From an uncultured Nitrososphaerales archaeon (GTDB lineage Archaea > Thermoproteota > Nitrososphaeria > Nitrososphaerales > Nitrososphaeraceae), in NCBI GenBank assembly GCA_963709405.1, contig CAVPXM010000019.1, positions 1-12,136 on the forward strand: a stretch of 12,136 nt of DNA. Direction: 5' to 3'. The notes beneath the pieces are model-generated. The model did no database searches, had not been told where the DNA came from, and worked only from the letters and a program-made list of their open reading frames with translations. Shown piece by piece: positions 9,647 to 12,136 of this stretch; positions within the stretch are counted from its first letter, which is position 1, and each line of letters opens with the position of its first letter. Both the position numbers and the translations under genes were made by a program.

Positions 9647-10213
9647 TTATTTGTGAATAAGTATATTTAGATTACAATGCAGTGGAGTAACGCCAGCAGA
9701 AGTGGAGGAGCATTTTGCTTCACTATCAATCACAACTTTTCTGATAGTCAGATCTTGCTCATTATTACTATTAATTATAGACGTTATTTTATGGACGGCA
9801 TTAGCAATTTGGGCAGCAGCTAAAGATTTGGTCGTTTCAAGGCTGCTTGATCGAGATGTTGAATTATCAATTTCATTTGTAATCAATGCATTTAGATTTG
9901 TTGCAGTATTATTTACATCAGCTTTTTGTGGAATACCAATTGCACCGTAAATTTGACTTATGACTGCCTTTTTTATCATTGGCAATTTCGAACTTAAGAG
10001 CGCATTGCTGCCCTCTATGATATAAGAAGTATGAGTAGTCGTTGTATTTGGCTCAGAATTAATGGTTATGCTGTTATTAGATGCAAGTTCTCTTGGAATT
10101 ACCTGAGCAAAAATTTGAGGAACGCTATTGAAATATGAGTAATTGTATCCACCCATAATCAAAATAAGGATTCCTAATAAAACCAGCCCTTTTTTTAAGT
10201 TATTGTTGTCCAT
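9647..10213 (-). CDS. Hypothetical secreted or membrane-anchored Ser/Thr/Asn-rich protein
   Basis: Intact 188-aa ORF. KK is followed by hydrophobic GLVLLGILILIMGG and a possible cleavage site at IFA|Q. It has several N-x-S/T sequons and a C-terminal Cys pair (AKCS..LHCN). Confidence 0.8.
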   Translation of the reverse strand: MDNNNLKKGLVLLGILILIMGGYNYSYFNSVPQIFAQVIPRELASNNSITINSEPNTTTTHTSYIIEGSNALLSSKLPMIKKAVISQIYGAIGIPQKADVNNTATNLNALITNEIDNSTSRSSSLETTKSLAAAQIANAVHKITSIINSNNEQDLTIRKVVIDSEAKCSSTSAGVTPLHCNLNILIHK

Positions 10214-10659
10214 TGATTTTACCGGGTGATAATTAAGAAATTCATAGTAATAACCTTATTGCGTTAAACTTTTCTGACTATAAGTAGAGGAATATTTTAC
10301 TAATCTAAGAATTTTTTCCAGCAGGAGAATCAAATTCAAAACAAGGCTTACTCGCAAATCAGATTTTGCGACTGGGTCGCCACCAGTAATGCTAAATTAT
10401 CCTTTATATTTGATGTTAGATGGACATTTTGGATCAGATCAGCCTCTTAACCTATCTTGATTAAATTCTGAAGGTTCACTAGCCAGCCAACGAGAATCAA
10501 TAACATGGTATCAAACGGTTTATTCATTCTATGTTCCCATTATGATTTCAATACGTGGGAAAATAATATTCGATTTTTTAAACTGGTTAAAATCATAATT
10601 ACTAAATATAGACTTGTGCAGTAGGAAACTCTTTTTTGTTGGTATGTCGTTGAAGGATT

Positions 10660-11130
10660 ATGAAGATCATTAATGCTACTTCCGAAGTTCCTGGCATGAC
10701 CAAGGAAGAAGTCGAGAGATTCCTTGAAAGTAAATTGAATTTGCAGCTCGCTACGATTGACGAACAAGGTGAGCCCAATATACAACCCGTCTGGTTTTAC
10801 TATAATAAAGATAGAGAAAAACTCTTGATAACTACATCTAAATTAGCCAAGAAAACTCAAAATCTCCGAAATAAACCATCTATTTATTTTTCCATAGATG
10901 ATGAGAATCCTCCGTATAAAGGTGTCAAAGGTAAAGGCATTGCAACTTTAGTAGAAGATCCAGATAAAACAGTTTCACAAGGAGATAGAATTAGTATGAA
11001 ATACCTTGGGACGCTTGATCACCCAATCGCAAAAATGATATCTGAGGGTTCAAAAAATGGAGATAATGTAGTTATTGAAATTAGTCCGAAGTTCTTTTCT
11101 ACATGGGACTACGGTAAAATGCAGGTATGA
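10660..11130 (+). CDS. Pyridoxamine 5'-phosphate oxidase-like (PPOX) split-barrel protein, possibly F420-binding
   Basis: Intact 156-aa ORF with motifs LQLATIDEQGEPNIQPVWF, KKTQNLRNKPSIYFSID, PYKGVKGKG, KY, and VVIEISPKFFSTWDY. Confidence 0.92.
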   Translation: MKIINATSEVPGMTKEEVERFLESKLNLQLATIDEQGEPNIQPVWFYYNKDREKLLITTSKLAKKTQNLRNKPSIYFSIDDENPPYKGVKGKGIATLVEDPDKTVSQGDRISMKYLGTLDHPIAKMISEGSKNGDNVVIEISPKFFSTWDYGKMQV

Positions 11131-11270
11131 CTTATACCAAGATATAATCCGTTAGATACCTGATTGATACAGATAGCATTAGTTTAAAGAGTTGATTGTT
11201 CATTTTGGTGAATGTCTTAATCCTGCGTTTGTTAAAATATTGACTCAAATCTGGTAAATAGCAATATTGT

Positions 11271-11426
11271 TTACAATAGCTTGCCATCATTATTGTTCTG
11301 CTGTATCCAGACGTTACCACAATTAAAACATATGAATCGTGTATGATTTGGTTTGACCGATCTATCATGAACTGAATGGAATACGTTATTGCTACTGCAT
11401 TTCCTACAATTACTGAACATGGTCAT
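11271..11426 (-). CDS. 51-aa zinc-ribbon microprotein resembling the TFS/TFIIS C-terminal ribbon
   Basis: Hand-translated intact ORF MTMFSNCRKCSSNNVFHSVHDRSVKPNHTRFICFNCGNVWIQQNNNDGKLL*, with pattern C-x2-C-x22-C-x2-CGxxW. It begins 31 nt downstream of the preceding gene on the same strand. Not in the supplied ORF track. Confidence 0.78.
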   Translation of the reverse strand: MTMFSNCRKCSSNNVFHSVHDRSVKPNHTRFICFNCGNVWIQQNNNDGKLL

Positions 11427-11457
11427 ATTCTGGTTAGTTCGTTGATTCCTTAGTCAG

Positions 11458-11739
11458 TTAGTGAGTGGGTTTGATTTCATCTAGTTTCAGTTGTCTTGAC
11501 TTTTCTTGTTCGTCCAACTTTTTTAATGTCTTATAATGATCGAATATAATAGATAGGAAGATTGGCTGTATTCTTATAGGACTGGCAGCATAAGAACATG
11601 CTGAATTATACAAACGTTCAATTGAAAACATTCTATCAAATAACTTCCTGTCAGATCTGCCAAGACAGTTGCGAAATTCCTTCCATTCAATTTTTTCATC
11701 GGATGTTGCTAATCTAAACGATGGAATTGTTCTACCCAT
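11458..11739 (-). CDS. Conserved small archaeal helical protein (MGRTxPSFR family; recalled as the PolB2-associated arCOG07300-like family)
   Basis: ATG 11739 gives MGRTIPSFRLA..E..EWKEFRNCL..SDRKLFDRMF...RLYNSACSYA..PI..QPIFLSIIF (93 aa). The GTG-extended start in the ORF track overlaps the upstream gene. The family assignment is from memory, not from a search. Confidence 0.82.
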   Translation of the reverse strand: MGRTIPSFRLATSDEKIEWKEFRNCLGRSDRKLFDRMFSIERLYNSACSYAASPIRIQPIFLSIIFDHYKTLKKLDEQEKSRQLKLDEIKPTH

Positions 11740-11741
11740 TT

Positions 11742-11949
11742 TTAAGTCAGATATAATAAGAAACTGCACTCTTCGCACGAGTAGCCTAGCCTATCAAATT
11801 CACATGATAATATCATTACGTCATGGGCAGCGAGGACATTCTGTTTCGTGGTCTATCTCCTTTAGTTCAGGATTTGGTTTGATCTCTATTGCTTCCTGCA
11901 CGTCTAATGGATCAGATTGAACTTGCAGTAATGGGTTCTTCTTCCTCAT
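11742..11949 (-). CDS. Small zinc-ribbon protein (CPRC..CEEC) with one extra base at GGG 11825-11827
   Basis: After removing one base it reads MRKKNPLLQVQSDPLDVQEAIEIKPNPELKEIDHETECPRC|HDVMILSCEFDRLGYSCEECSFLLYLT*. Its TAA is 2 nt before the ATG of the next gene. Not in the ORF track. Confidence 0.82.
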
Positions 11950-11970
11950 AACCAGATTTCGATATTGTGA

Positions 11971-11981
11971 TTATTATAAAA
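11971..11981 (-). promoter_or_regulatory. Putative archaeal TATA box for the three-gene minus-strand unit
   Basis: TTTTATAATAA on the minus strand, about 22-32 nt upstream of ATG 11949. This spacing is typical of leaderless archaeal transcripts. Confidence 0.5.
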
Positions 11982-12136
11982 TGTAATACTCATCGAGAGG
12001 GGGAGACTGATTAAGTTCGTAAAGCCTGTGTATGTATATAACTATAGCTTGAATGTATAATACTTCTAAATCTCTGAACTGGATTCAAGATATAGTTTAA
12101 TAGGTTGATTTTAACTCCTAATTATTGAATATGTTA

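Noticed and set aside
10295-10395. Minus-strand fragments ITGGDP and DSPAGK-ILRL hinting at a radical SAM or PQQ sugar dehydrogenase relic
   Set aside because: The matches are very short, lie in different frames, and have no supporting flanking motifs.
11132-11368. 78-aa minus-strand ORF from the track
   Set aside because: It overlaps the zinc-ribbon ORF 11271..11426 in another frame and has no recognisable motif.
1928-11920. Antisense or overlapping track ORFs (1928, 2411, 3975, 4590, 4854, 5440, 7116, 7877, 8475, 8593, 9702, 10540, 11669)
   Set aside because: They are shadows of better-supported genes on the opposite strand or frame, with no motifs of their own.
1-12136. CRISPR array, tRNA/att site or IS element
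   Set aside because: I found no regularly spaced repeats, cloverleaf, transposase motif or terminal inverted repeats by eye.

Overview
AT-rich, gene-sparse archaeal window. The gene families and TATA-type promoters point to Nitrososphaerales (Thaumarchaeota); this is inferred, not proven. It looks like an accessory or integrated region in decay. From the left it holds: a tyrosine integrase split by three 1-nt indels; an unknown membrane protein; relics of a DUF72 gene (ending in a PIP box) and of an SDR; an AlkA-type glycosylase; an SDR; an LLM-class oxidoreductase; a 5'-truncated class I methyltransferase; two tandem DHFR/RibD-C-like genes (both damaged); a secreted protein; and a PPOX-family protein. 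At the right end is a compact minus-strand three-gene unit that the ORF track mostly misses. It comprises a CxxC..CxxC zinc-ribbon gene, a small 'MGRTIPSFR' helical protein of the family I recall beside archaeal PolB2, and a 51-aa TFS/TFIIS-like zinc ribbon that lacks the catalytic acidic hairpin. A ~140-bp diverged direct repeat occurs twice (2963-3103, 6695-6831). Many lesions are single-base indels in or near short homopolymers and may be long-read errors. Others (truncations, an internal deletion, motif-destroying substitutions) look like real pseudogenisation. No tRNA, rRNA or CRISPR array was seen.
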